64,000 nt of DNA from a bacterium (lineage in GTDB: Bacteria > Zhuqueibacterota > Zhuqueibacteria > Oceanimicrobiales > Oceanimicrobiaceae). The translations under genes and the position numbers were made by a program. The stretch spans positions 53,638 to 117,637 of the forward strand of contig JBBIIG010000001.1 in assembly GCA_037446635.1 (NCBI GenBank), written 5' to 3'. Shown in pieces: positions 17,820 to 28,089 of the stretch (positions within the stretch are counted from its first letter, which is position 1; every line of letters begins with the position of its first letter). The notes beneath the pieces were generated by a model. It ran no database searches. It saw only the letters and a program-made list of their open reading frames with translations, and was not told the origin of the DNA.

Positions 17820-18788
17820 ATGAAGGCTAACTACACTGAACTTTTCCAGCGCTACTCTGGCAACCCAATTCTTACAGTTGAGAACTGGCCCTATCCGGCC
17901 AATACGGTTTTTAACTGTGGCGCGACCATGGTGAATGGCCAGACCGTCCTGTTGGCACGCGTGGAAGATTTGAAAGGCCATTCCCATTTAACCGTAGCCA
18001 GGAGCAACGACGGCATTACTAATTGGCACATCGACCCCCAGCCGACTTTTCCGCCCGATCCCCAACACTATCCCGAAGAGCTGTGGGGAGTGGAAGACCC
18101 GAGAATCACGTATGTTGATGAATTAAAAGAATACTACCTCGCTTACACCGCCTACTCTCGCGGCGGCCCCCTGGTCTCCTTAGCCAAAACCCAAGACTTC
18201 GTCAAATTCGAGCGCTTGGGAGCCGTGATGCCCCCGGAGGATAAAGACGCCGCGCTCTTTCCGGTTCGTTTTAATGGCCGATGGGCAATGTTGCACCGGC
18301 CGACCAGCCCCTCGCCAAATGTGGGCGCGCACATCTGGATTTCTTTTTCGCCTGATATGCAGCACTGGGGCGATCACCGCATTGTCATTCGCGCCCGCGA
18401 AGGCGGCTGGTGGGATGCCAACAAAATCGGCCTTTCGCCACCGCCGCTGCAAATCCCGGAAGGCTGGCTTGTGCTTTACCACGGCGTTCGTCGCACCGGC
18501 GGCGGCGTTATCTACCGGCTGGGACTCGCGTTGTTGGATTTGAACGACCCCGCTAAACTCCTGCGCCGCAGCGATGAATGGATTTTCGGCCCGCGCACGC
18601 CATACGAGCGCGAAGGCGACGTGGATGACGTGGTATTCCCCTGCGGCTGGACCGTGCAGAATGATGAAGTGCGAATCTATTACGGAGGCGCCGATACCTG
18701 CATTGCACTGGCAACAGCTAAGTTGAGCGATCTACGGGAGTATATCCGCCGTTGCCCGCAGATGGAAAACGCGTTTCGTTGGGGATAA
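17820..18788 (+). CDS. GH130 family beta-mannoside phosphorylase/glycosidase
   Basis: NPIL, VFNCGA, GVEDPRI, EDKDAALFP, MLHRP, EGWLVLYHGV, YEREGDVDDVVFPCG, IYYGGADT; RBS AGGAGG before ATG 17820. Confidence 0.9.
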   Translation: MKANYTELFQRYSGNPILTVENWPYPANTVFNCGATMVNGQTVLLARVEDLKGHSHLTVARSNDGITNWHIDPQPTFPPDPQHYPEELWGVEDPRITYVDELKEYYLAYTAYSRGGPLVSLAKTQDFVKFERLGAVMPPEDKDAALFPVRFNGRWAMLHRPTSPSPNVGAHIWISFSPDMQHWGDHRIVIRAREGGWWDANKIGLSPPPLQIPEGWLVLYHGVRRTGGGVIYRLGLALLDLNDPAKLLRRSDEWIFGPRTPYEREGDVDDVVFPCGWTVQNDEVRIYYGGADTCIALATAKLSDLREYIRRCPQMENAFRWG

Positions 18789-18792
18789 ATTT

Positions 18793-18878
18793 CGGCAGGT
18801 CGACCAGTCTGGTCGGCCTACCGGCGTCTCTTCGCAAATTTCGCAAATAATGTAGGTCGACCCGACTGGTCGACCTAC
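18793..18878. repeat. Pair of GTAGGTCGACC REP palindromes (REP doublet/BIME-like)
   Basis: CGGCAGGTCGACCAGTCTGGTCGGCCTACCG and GTAGGTCGACCCGACTGGTCGACCTAC separated by a TTCGCAAAT tandem duplication. Confidence 0.8.
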
Positions 18879-18915
18879 GAAATCAAATAAGGGCGAGTAA
18901 TTCGCCATTTCTGAA

Positions 18916-21900
18916 ATGACACACAAAATACGCGCTTGGGTTTTCCCTGTAATATTTTCCCTTTGTTTGCTTAACACGATTTCCGCTCAGCAGATTGATA
19001 TTCCCCGCATCGAGATGATGCCCAACCTGCCGACGCCCTACGAGATGCGCAACTGGAAACAGGTAGCTGCCGGCTACGATTCGCTGGCCTTTGATTTCAA
19101 CCGCAGCGGCCAGTACCTGCCGCTCATCTGGCGCATCACCAACACGGTGAACTATCCCACCCACGACAGCTTCGGCCTGCACACGGTGGTGGGCACGCCG
19201 CGGCAGAATTTCTCAGAGGCCATCAACGTGCTGCCCGCGGTGATCGGCGCCACCTTGGTTGGGATCGACAAAAGCAATCAGCACGGTGAGAACTGGGCGC
19301 TGTTATGCGAGGAATATTTCAATCGCCGCGCCGAGGAGAACATCTACCTCAATCAACCGGTGGCGCACAGCGGCGACGACTGGTGGTACGAGACCATGCC
19401 CAACGTGTTCTTTTATCAGTTGTATGATCTCTATCCCAACGCCGGCGATTTCGCCAATCAATTCACTACCATCGCGGAGCAGTGGCTGCGGGCGGTGGAG
19501 GCCATGGGCGGCAGCGCCGCGCCGTGGAACGTTCCCAACATGAACTATCGCGCGTGGTCGTTCTCCACCATGACGCCCAACGCCAGCGGCGTGCGCCAGC
19601 CCGAAGCTGCCGGCGCCATTGCCTGGATTCTGTACCATGCCTTTGTGAAAACAGGGGAGGAGAAGTACCGGCTTGGCGCGGAATGGGCAATGGAATTTTT
19701 AAACAGCCGCACGTCAAATCCTTCCTACGAGCTGCAGTTGCCCTACGGAGTTTACGCCGCGGCGCGTATGAACGCAGAGTTGGGCACGAATTATAATTTG
19801 CAAAAATTGCTGAACTGGTGCTTTGATGTTGGGCCGCTGCGCAGTTGGGGGGCGATCCTCGGCAACTGGGGTGGCTACGACGTGCACGGTCTCATCGGCG
19901 AAGTTTCCGCGAATGACTACGCATTCTTGATGAATACCATCCAGCACATCGGCGCGCTGGTGCCGATGACCCGCTACGATGATCGTTTCGCCCGCGCCAT
20001 CGGTAAATGGGTGCTGAACGCCGCCAACGCTGCTCGCCTGTTTTATCCCAATTACTTGCCGCCGGAAAATCAGGACAGTGAGGAATGGTCGCGCCTGTAT
20101 GACGCAAACTCCTACATTGGACATGAAGCGATTCGCAAAGAACATTTTGGCCGCTCACCTTTTGCCACCGGCGACGCTGTTGCCGGCGGCTGGGGTTACA
20201 CCAATCTCGTTCTCTACGCCTCCTCCCATGTGGGAATCCTCGGCGGCATCATCGACACCACGGATGTTCCCTTAATTTTGAAATTGGATTTACTGAAGAC
20301 CGATTATTTTCGCGGCCCAGCTTATCCAACTTATCTTTTTTTCAATCCCTATTCTGAAGATAAATCAGTCACGCTGGTTCTCGACCATGGGAGGTACGAT
20401 CTATACGACGCAGTGGCAAACCAATTTTTGGCAACCGGCGTCAGCGACGCAGCGCTGATCACGATTCCTGCTAATCAAGCGGTGCAATTGGTGCAGGCTC
20501 CGGCCGGCGGCGCGATTACGTTTGATCGCGATCGCATGCTCATTGATGGGGTGGTGCTGGATTACCGTTCCGGACAGACGGTCGCAAACCATCCGCCGCG
20601 CATCAAAGCGCTGGCGGCGAATCCCCAGCCGGGGTTTATTGGCCAGCCCGCCACGCTATACTGCACCGCCGAAGAGCGCGACGGCCAGCCGCTGACGTTC
20701 AACTGGAGCGCGTCCGCAGGTCAAATCAACGGCACAGGTGCAGCGGTCACCTGGACGGCGCCGGAGAGCGCCGGAGCCTATGACATCACCTGTGCGGTGG
20801 AAGATAACGCCGGCGGCAGCGACTCCAAAACTCTCACGCTGATCGTGGTGGACAATCACGCGCCGGTCATCCAGAGTCTGACGGCCCATCCTGCCACCCT
20901 TGATGTGGGTGAAACCAGCACGCTCTCTTGCCAGGCCAGCGATGCCGATGGCGACAGCCTCATTTACCTTTGGCATGCCGAACAGGGGGTTATTACCGGC
21001 AGCGGTGACACCGTGAACTGGACGGCGCCGGCGGCGCAAGGGTATTATACCATCCGCTGCCTGGTGCAGGATAGCAATGGCGCGGCGGCTGAGGCAAGTT
21101 TGTTTGTTGTCGTCGGGAAGTTGGTGGCTTACTATTCCTTCACCGGCAGCGCCCTTGATGAGAGCGGGTTCGGCAATCATGGATCGGTTTTTGGCGCAAC
21201 CCTGGTGAGCGATCGACTCGGCCATCCCAATAGCGCCTACACATTTGATGGCGTGGACGATTTCATCCGTGTGCCGCTGCACCCCACGTTGAATTTCGAG
21301 GAATCGATTTCCGTGAGCTGCTGGATAAAAATCGCTGCCATTCTGCCGCGCGAGGCATTCGTCATCTCCCACGGCAGTTGGCAGAACCGCTGGAAGGTTT
21401 CGATTATTCCCTCTGGCCACTTGCGCTGGACCGCCAAAACCACCAGCGGGATTTTTGATTTAGACACGCGACAAGCGCTGCGCGCGGATTCGCTTTATCA
21501 CGTTACCGTCACGTACGGCAGCGGCACCGCGAAGATTTTTCTCAACGGCGCGCTCACTGCTTCCGCCCAATGGGTTGGCACGATTTTGCCCACCAGTTTT
21601 GATCTCACTATCGCGCAGATGCTGCCCGGCGACAATCAATACAATTTCACCGGCGAAATCGACGACGTGCGCATCCTCAACGTCGCGCTTTCGGAACAGG
21701 AGGCGAAAGAGTTGTACGATCTGGCCACGGCGGTGCCAGAGAACGATATCGTACTTTTGCCCAAAGAAACCCGGTTACTTCCCAATTTCCCCAACCCATT
21801 TAATCCGCGCACCATCATCCGCTACGACTTGCCGCGCAAAGCGCACGTGGTATTGAAAATTTTCAACTTGCTCGGTCAGGAAGTAACCACGCTGGTGGAT

Positions 21901-22041
21901 GAAACGAAAGAGGCGGGGCGATATCAGATCGAGTGGAACGGAAGTGATCACTACGGCCAGGCCGTGGCCAGCGGGGTATATGTGTACGGGATGAAGGCCG
22001 GCGATTTGGTGGAGCATCGTAAAATGGTATTGCTGCGGTGA
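18916..22041 (+). CDS. Secreted multidomain protein: uncharacterised N-terminal aromatic-rich domain, two PKD/Ig-like repeats, LamG, FlgD-Ig/T9SS-type CTD
   Basis: Signal peptide; two NH(P/A)PxI...WTAP repeats; LamG motifs ALDESGFGNHG, FDGVDDF, FTGEIDDVRILNVALS; NFPNPFNP...SGVYVY...RKMVLLR. Confidence 0.8.
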   Translation: MTHKIRAWVFPVIFSLCLLNTISAQQIDIPRIEMMPNLPTPYEMRNWKQVAAGYDSLAFDFNRSGQYLPLIWRITNTVNYPTHDSFGLHTVVGTPRQNFSEAINVLPAVIGATLVGIDKSNQHGENWALLCEEYFNRRAEENIYLNQPVAHSGDDWWYETMPNVFFYQLYDLYPNAGDFANQFTTIAEQWLRAVEAMGGSAAPWNVPNMNYRAWSFSTMTPNASGVRQPEAAGAIAWILYHAFVKTGEEKYRLGAEWAMEFLNSRTSNPSYELQLPYGVYAAARMNAELGTNYNLQKLLNWCFDVGPLRSWGAILGNWGGYDVHGLIGEVSANDYAFLMNTIQHIGALVPMTRYDDRFARAIGKWVLNAANAARLFYPNYLPPENQDSEEWSRLYDANSYIGHEAIRKEHFGRSPFATGDAVAGGWGYTNLVLYASSHVGILGGIIDTTDVPLILKLDLLKTDYFRGPAYPTYLFFNPYSEDKSVTLVLDHGRYDLYDAVANQFLATGVSDAALITIPANQAVQLVQAPAGGAITFDRDRMLIDGVVLDYRSGQTVANHPPRIKALAANPQPGFIGQPATLYCTAEERDGQPLTFNWSASAGQINGTGAAVTWTAPESAGAYDITCAVEDNAGGSDSKTLTLIVVDNHAPVIQSLTAHPATLDVGETSTLSCQASDADGDSLIYLWHAEQGVITGSGDTVNWTAPAAQGYYTIRCLVQDSNGAAAEASLFVVVGKLVAYYSFTGSALDESGFGNHGSVFGATLVSDRLGHPNSAYTFDGVDDFIRVPLHPTLNFEESISVSCWIKIAAILPREAFVISHGSWQNRWKVSIIPSGHLRWTAKTTSGIFDLDTRQALRADSLYHVTVTYGSGTAKIFLNGALTASAQWVGTILPTSFDLTIAQMLPGDNQYNFTGEIDDVRILNVALSEQEAKELYDLATAVPENDIVLLPKETRLLPNFPNPFNPRTIIRYDLPRKAHVVLKIFNLLGQEVTTLVDETKEAGRYQIEWNGSDHYGQAVASGVYVYGMKAGDLVEHRKMVLLR

Positions 22042-22081
22042 CGCGACTCGATGAAGGATTGAAAGGTTTACATAATGTTTA

Positions 22082-23455
22082 TTATGGTTTCATTAACGCC
22101 TCGGCTTCTGCTGTAAGAGGGCTTTTCGCCTTCGAATTCTTAATTTCGTGAAGCAAATTCATTGCAGACTCGTTATTCCCTATCTTGCGATATGCAATCG
22201 CCAAAAACAATTTTCCAAATAGATTATTTGAGTTCATGCGAGTCGCTTCTTCAAGTGCCAAAACCGCTTCCTTTGCTTTTTCACTTTTCAGCAATGAATA
22301 TCCTTGCAACGCATTTAGGATGCTGTCGCTTTTACCCAGTTGTTTGGCTTTCATAACACACTCGTTTATCTCGTGGTCTTTTTGCAGATAATAGTATGCT
22401 ACCGCCAATTCTTTGTAATATAAGCTTTTGCTTGGATTCAATTTTATTGCCATCTGAAAAGAATCCACTGATTTCGTTAGCTGACCAGACCTCAAGCACG
22501 CTTCACCCAACGCGAACCAAACAAAATCGTCCTCTGATTTCTTATTCAAATAGGCCTGATACATTTCGATTGCGCGATCATAATCTGTAAACAGAAATGC
22601 CTTATAGCCTTCTTGATAGAGGTTTTCAATATCACTCGCGTCTAATATTATTTTTTCTGGTGTTGTTTGCTCCGTTGAGTGACTTGGCTGCGATTGTAAG
22701 GCTCGTTTTGCGTGATTCGCTAAATCACTATTCTTATCTAATTCGATGACACGCTTAAAATAGTGATTGGCTTTCTCTATATCGCCTTTGATGGAATAGA
22801 TTTTTCCTAATCCAAAATAGGCTCTTGGCTCATTAGGCGCCAAATCAAGAACCCTCATGAACATATTGATGCCACTATCATAGCGCTTTAAAATACTGTA
22901 AACCGCTCCTAAATTCAGATATGCGAGTCCATTGTTGGGATTGAAATTGATGCTCTCCTTCAGGTGTAACTCAGCTTCTTCAAAGCGGCGCGTTTTTAGA
23001 TACACCGTGCCCAGAATCAAATGTGCCCGATGATAGATCGGACATATCACCAGTGTGCGTTTTAAGTTTTCGATGGACTCCTTATAATTTCGGATCTCGA
23101 AAAAGGCGATACCCAAATTGAAGTAATAATCTGGATCTTTCGAGTTGATGGCGACCGCGTTCACCCAGTTTGTTATGGCCTCCCTATAATTTTTATTTTT
23201 AGCATGATTTAAGGCGGCTTGATGCAATGCTTCGCTCTTCGGATTTAAAACTCCAAACCACGTAAGTTTTGCCTTAGATTTCTTTTGAAGGATTTGAAGT
23301 CTGCCTTCTCCCTGGCCGTATCTTTCGGAAAAAAACTTTTCAACGTATAATCTTTGTTCGTTCTCGGAACTTAGTTTTGGCAGATGACCATTTAACGCTG
23401 CAAAAACATCGAGCTTTATTATTACCGAAATTGTTTTTGCTTCGACAGTTTTCAT
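22082..23455 (-). CDS. Cytoplasmic TPR-repeat protein
   Basis: Multiple 34-aa repeats (YYFNLGIAF, AHLILGTVY, AYLNLGAVY, AYFGLGKIY, VWFALGEAC); no signal peptide. Confidence 0.85.
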   Translation of the reverse strand: MKTVEAKTISVIIKLDVFAALNGHLPKLSSENEQRLYVEKFFSERYGQGEGRLQILQKKSKAKLTWFGVLNPKSEALHQAALNHAKNKNYREAITNWVNAVAINSKDPDYYFNLGIAFFEIRNYKESIENLKRTLVICPIYHRAHLILGTVYLKTRRFEEAELHLKESINFNPNNGLAYLNLGAVYSILKRYDSGINMFMRVLDLAPNEPRAYFGLGKIYSIKGDIEKANHYFKRVIELDKNSDLANHAKRALQSQPSHSTEQTTPEKIILDASDIENLYQEGYKAFLFTDYDRAIEMYQAYLNKKSEDDFVWFALGEACLRSGQLTKSVDSFQMAIKLNPSKSLYYKELAVAYYYLQKDHEINECVMKAKQLGKSDSILNALQGYSLLKSEKAKEAVLALEEATRMNSNNLFGKLFLAIAYRKIGNNESAMNLLHEIKNSKAKSPLTAEAEALMKP

Positions 23456-23582
23456 CGCTCAATTATTATTTGTTTGTTTATAAGCGACTACTAAATAAAC
23501 AAATTAACCAAAAAAATCAAGATTAAATATTGGGATCGCGCGGGACAGTAAAAAATGGGTAGGTCTTCAATGGAAGGACGAC

Positions 23583-23813
23583 CTATGAGTGCTTGAATTC
23601 CTCGCTAGAGCGCCTTTGGGGATCTTTAGGTTCCGCCTTACTTCCTTTGTTTTCTTGCTGAATTCTCTCGTAGATTTCGCCGCGAAAAATGGTTATTTCA
23701 CTCGGGGCTTCAATTCCCAATCTAATCTGCTTGCCGTGAATATCGACTACCTTAATAATAATATTATCACCAATGACAATCGTCTCACCCAACTTCCTTG
23801 TTAGGACTAACAT
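23583..23813 (-). CDS. csrA: Carbon storage regulator CsrA
   Basis: MLVLTRKLGETIVIGDNIIIKVVDIHGKQIRLGIEAPSEITIFRGEIYERIQQEN. Confidence 0.97.
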   Translation of the reverse strand: MLVLTRKLGETIVIGDNIIIKVVDIHGKQIRLGIEAPSEITIFRGEIYERIQQENKGSKAEPKDPQRRSSEEFKHS

Positions 23814-23884
23814 ATTAGATCCCTTAGTTTTTTAGTCAACATGCGCATCTCGTTCTGATGGATTGTGTCAAATTATAAGAAAAC

Positions 23885-24331
23885 TTAGATTAAGATACAA
23901 GATAATTCATTTAAATTCTTAAACTTTTTCTGTGAGTAGGCATATTCCTCTTTCAAGATAGCTTTATCAATCTCAATTTGCGCCGTTGTTACTCGTATTA
24001 CTTTAGGGCCGCGAAGGGCTGAAATATCATCTTTGAAACCAGCTATCTTTAAACACTTTTTGATGTAATTCAAAGAAATTTCACTGGATTCTCCTGGCGG
24101 CGGCGCATCGCCGATTTTTATTGACGTCAGCATGGATCGCTTCACACTATCCTGTAAAACTATGTAACCAATATCGCCTAACGTGATCACAGGTCCAACA
24201 ACAACCGCGCGCGACTTCAAATTGATGGACAAATTTTGTTGGGCGCTTGATGCGTGGATTTGTGATTTGGCAGTTCCAACAATATTTAAAATAAACAGAC
24301 CGAATAGTAGAATCTTAGCACTTATCTTCAT
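23885..24331 (-). CDS. Exported protein resembling the N-terminal part of long-form FlgA (P-ring chaperone), with no recognisable SAF domain
   Basis: Signal peptide, then VVVGPVITLGDIG...IKIGDAPPPGESSEISLNYIKKCLK, a pattern I recognise from FlgA N-termini; only 148 aa. Confidence 0.5.
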   Translation of the reverse strand: MKISAKILLFGLFILNIVGTAKSQIHASSAQQNLSINLKSRAVVVGPVITLGDIGYIVLQDSVKRSMLTSIKIGDAPPPGESSEISLNYIKKCLKIAGFKDDISALRGPKVIRVTTAQIEIDKAILKEEYAYSQKKFKNLNELSCILI

Positions 24332-24354
24332 TGCTACCTAACCTCATTACGTCT

Positions 24355-24819
24355 TTACACGCGCTCATAAACTTTGCGGGTGATGTTTTTGCTCATGGCC
24401 TTAATCGTGGCAAAAGTTCTTTTGTCGAAGGCATTGGGTACAACGTGTCCTAAATTTAAAACGGCGACCGTTTTATTATTGACTTCAATGGGCATGGATA
24501 AATAGGAGCGGATCGGTTTGAGGCCGTGCCGGCTGCCACGATGAATATCCGGCAGATAAATCATCTTGCCTTTTTGAGCGACCCAGGCAGATAAACCGCT
24601 CCCGAGAGGGAACTGAACGTCATTTATGAAATCGATTCCCTCGCCTTTACTTGCCACTTTTTTTAGCGCACTGGAATGTTGTTCCAGAACAAACAGACTC
24701 CCTCTTTCGAACTCGATCGCCTCGTTTAGCTTTTTCATGAAATCATTGAACGGAAAGTCGCTCTCGTGATTTTCGTTATTTGCTTTCTGCTTGTTTTGAA
24801 TGCGTTTTGTAGCCGTCAT
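24355..24819 (-). CDS. Stand-alone GAF-domain protein
   Basis: ERGSLFVL; FPLGSGLSAWVAQKGKMIYLPD; IRSYLSMPI...TVAVLNL...PNAFD. Confidence 0.85.
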   Translation of the reverse strand: MTATKRIQNKQKANNENHESDFPFNDFMKKLNEAIEFERGSLFVLEQHSSALKKVASKGEGIDFINDVQFPLGSGLSAWVAQKGKMIYLPDIHRGSRHGLKPIRSYLSMPIEVNNKTVAVLNLGHVVPNAFDKRTFATIKAMSKNITRKVYERV

Positions 24820-24842
24820 TGGATTCTATCCTCCTCGATTTC

Positions 24843-25625
24843 TTAATTAAGCACTTCTTCGGCAAGCGCAGACCTCAGATTCGCGATAGCTTTGCTATGA
24901 ATTTGTGATACTCGAGATTCTGTGATGTTCAAAACCTGGCCAATTTCTTTTAGCGTTAACTCTTCATAATAGTAAAGTGCCATCACCAGTTTTTCTTGTT
25001 CATTCAAGTTGTCGATCGCCTGCAGCAATACTTTTTTCATCTCTTCATTCTCTAAACTGCTATTTGGCCGGTCCGACTCAGCGCTTTCTACCAAATCATA
25101 CATTGAGGTGAAATTTTCGTTTTCCTCCAGCCGGCTGCCGTCCAGAGAAAGCAAGGATGCTTTTGAAAGCTCTAACATCACGCCCCCGTATTCATCGATT
25201 TCCATGTCCATCGCGTCGGCGATCTCATGCCCGCTCACCCCGCGTCCCAATACTATTTCCAACCGTTGACTGGTCTTTTCAACAAATCGTGCTTTTGAAC
25301 GCAGAGAACGCGGCGCCCAATCCAACGTTCGCAACTCATCCAAAATGGCGCCTTTGATGCGCGGCAGCACAAACGTTTCGAACTTCACGCCCTGGTCCGG
25401 ATTGAATCTCTCCAGCGCCCCAATCAAACCCATCACGCCAGCGCTCATGAGATCATTATAATCAACGCAGTTGGGCAGCGAAAACATCATTTTGCTCGCC
25501 ACATATTTCACTAAGGGCAGGTATTTGAGCAAGAGCTGCTCGCGGGACTGTAAATCTTTGTGTAACCGGTATTCCTTCCATAGGCTGTAGTTGTAGGTAG
25601 GTTGCATAACGATCACTCCGTTCAT
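24843..25625 (-). CDS. fliA: RNA polymerase sigma factor, FliA/WhiG (sigma-28) family
   Basis: REQLLLKYLPLVKYVA; DLMSAGVMGLIGALERF; GVKFETF..RIKGAILDELRTLDWAPRSLR; LYYYEELTLKEIGQVLNITESRVSQIHSKA. Confidence 0.95.
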   Translation of the reverse strand: MNGVIVMQPTYNYSLWKEYRLHKDLQSREQLLLKYLPLVKYVASKMMFSLPNCVDYNDLMSAGVMGLIGALERFNPDQGVKFETFVLPRIKGAILDELRTLDWAPRSLRSKARFVEKTSQRLEIVLGRGVSGHEIADAMDMEIDEYGGVMLELSKASLLSLDGSRLEENENFTSMYDLVESAESDRPNSSLENEEMKKVLLQAIDNLNEQEKLVMALYYYEELTLKEIGQVLNITESRVSQIHSKAIANLRSALAEEVLN

Positions 25626-25672
25626 CTTTTAGAGGTTTCTCCTTATTCCCTCTTGGGAACGCGGGTGGTTAC

Positions 25673-25687
25673 GCAAGCCCTATGCCA
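25673..25687 (-). promoter_or_regulatory. Sigma-54 (-24/-12) promoter upstream of fliA
   Basis: Minus strand TGGCATAGGGCTTGC fits TGGCAY-N5-TTGC (GG-N10-GC), about 50 bp before the fliA ATG and just downstream of a sigma54 activator gene. Confidence 0.75.
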
Positions 25688-25810
25688 GTAAAGAAGGAGA
25701 CTATCATGTTGACGACTGGTCGTCGCCTAAGATGATGTGAAATTGATGCTTATGACAGGATAACAAATCGGGTTTTTGCGGGGTGGTGGCCAAATAACCG
25801 GACGGAACAG

Positions 25811-25844
25811 TAGGAATGTTTTGCCTATGCGAGGCTTTTTTTGC

Positions 25845-25848
<4 letters not shown>
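25811..25848. promoter_or_regulatory. Candidate tandem enhancer (bEBP binding sites)
   Basis: Two 17-bp imperfect dyads, TAGGAATGTTTTGCCTA and GAGGCTTTTTTTGCCTA, 20 bp apart and about 160-180 bp upstream of the predicted sigma54 start. Confidence 0.5.
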
Positions 25849-27245
<1,397 letters not shown>

Positions 27246-27294
27246 AACACTCCTTCTAATCTTTACAAATTACTCTCGTCTCACAAGTTGGCCA

Positions 27295-28089
27295 TCACAG
27301 GTCGCCAGAGCGAACCTTTAAAATTTTTCCGCTCGCATCTTGCAGCAGCATTTCTCCATTTTCGTCAATCTTCTGGAATCGTCCCTCAATAATGGTTTCG
27401 CCGCTTGCTACTTTTACAGCCATTTCGTTATGAATGCAGAGCCGCAACCAATTGCGGCGGATTTTTTCATGCTCGCCGTTCAAAAACAAACGATAAAACT
27501 TCTCTAACTTTTGAAGGGCTTTAACTAAAAGGTGAAGCCGGTCGATTGGCGCTCCGGTTTCAAGATATAATGAAGTCGCGAGCTGCTGAATCGACTCCGG
27601 AAAATCCTTTTTCCGGTGATTCACGTTAATGCCAACACCGAGACTGATATCGGCTGAACCATTTTTTATTTCCGACTCGGCTAAAATTCCACATACCTTT
27701 TTCGAGTTGAGCAAAACGTCGTTTGGCCATTTCAATTTCGGCGAGAGGCCGGTCTGTTCGGCGATGGCCTCCGCGATCGCCAAACCCGACAACAATGAAA
27801 TCAACCCTAAACGATTCAAAAATGTCGTGGGCCGCAACAGTACGGAAAACCACAAGCCCAGTCCCGGCGGCGAATGCCAGTTGCGTTGATGCCGGCCCCT
27901 TCCCTGTGTTTGGCGGTCGGCAATTACCACGGCCCCCTCCTCTTCCCCATTCCGGCAGAGCCGGCGAAGGTGCTCATTAGTTGAACCAATTTGACGAAAA
28001 CAGTAAATACCGCGCCCAATTATTTGATTCTTCAAATGCGGCAAAATCTGCTCGGCGGTGATCGGCTCTTCGTTTGCAGTCGGTTTCAT
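27295..28089 (-). CDS. birA: Biotin--[acetyl-CoA-carboxylase] ligase (no N-terminal HTH)
   Basis: [46 protein letters not shown]. Confidence 0.95.
   Translation of the reverse strand: MKPTANEEPITAEQILPHLKNQIIGRGIYCFRQIGSTNEHLRRLCRNGEEEGAVVIADRQTQGRGRHQRNWHSPPGLGLWFSVLLRPTTFLNRLGLISLLSGLAIAEAIAEQTGLSPKLKWPNDVLLNSKKVCGILAESEIKNGSADISLGVGINVNHRKKDFPESIQQLATSLYLETGAPIDRLHLLVKALQKLEKFYRLFLNGEHEKIRRNWLRLCIHNEMAVKVASGETIIEGRFQKIDENGEMLLQDASGKILKVRSGDL

Noticed and set aside
18793..18878. Possible mini-CRISPR array
   Set aside because: Only two palindromic units, no regular unique spacers and no cas genes. It fits a REP doublet.
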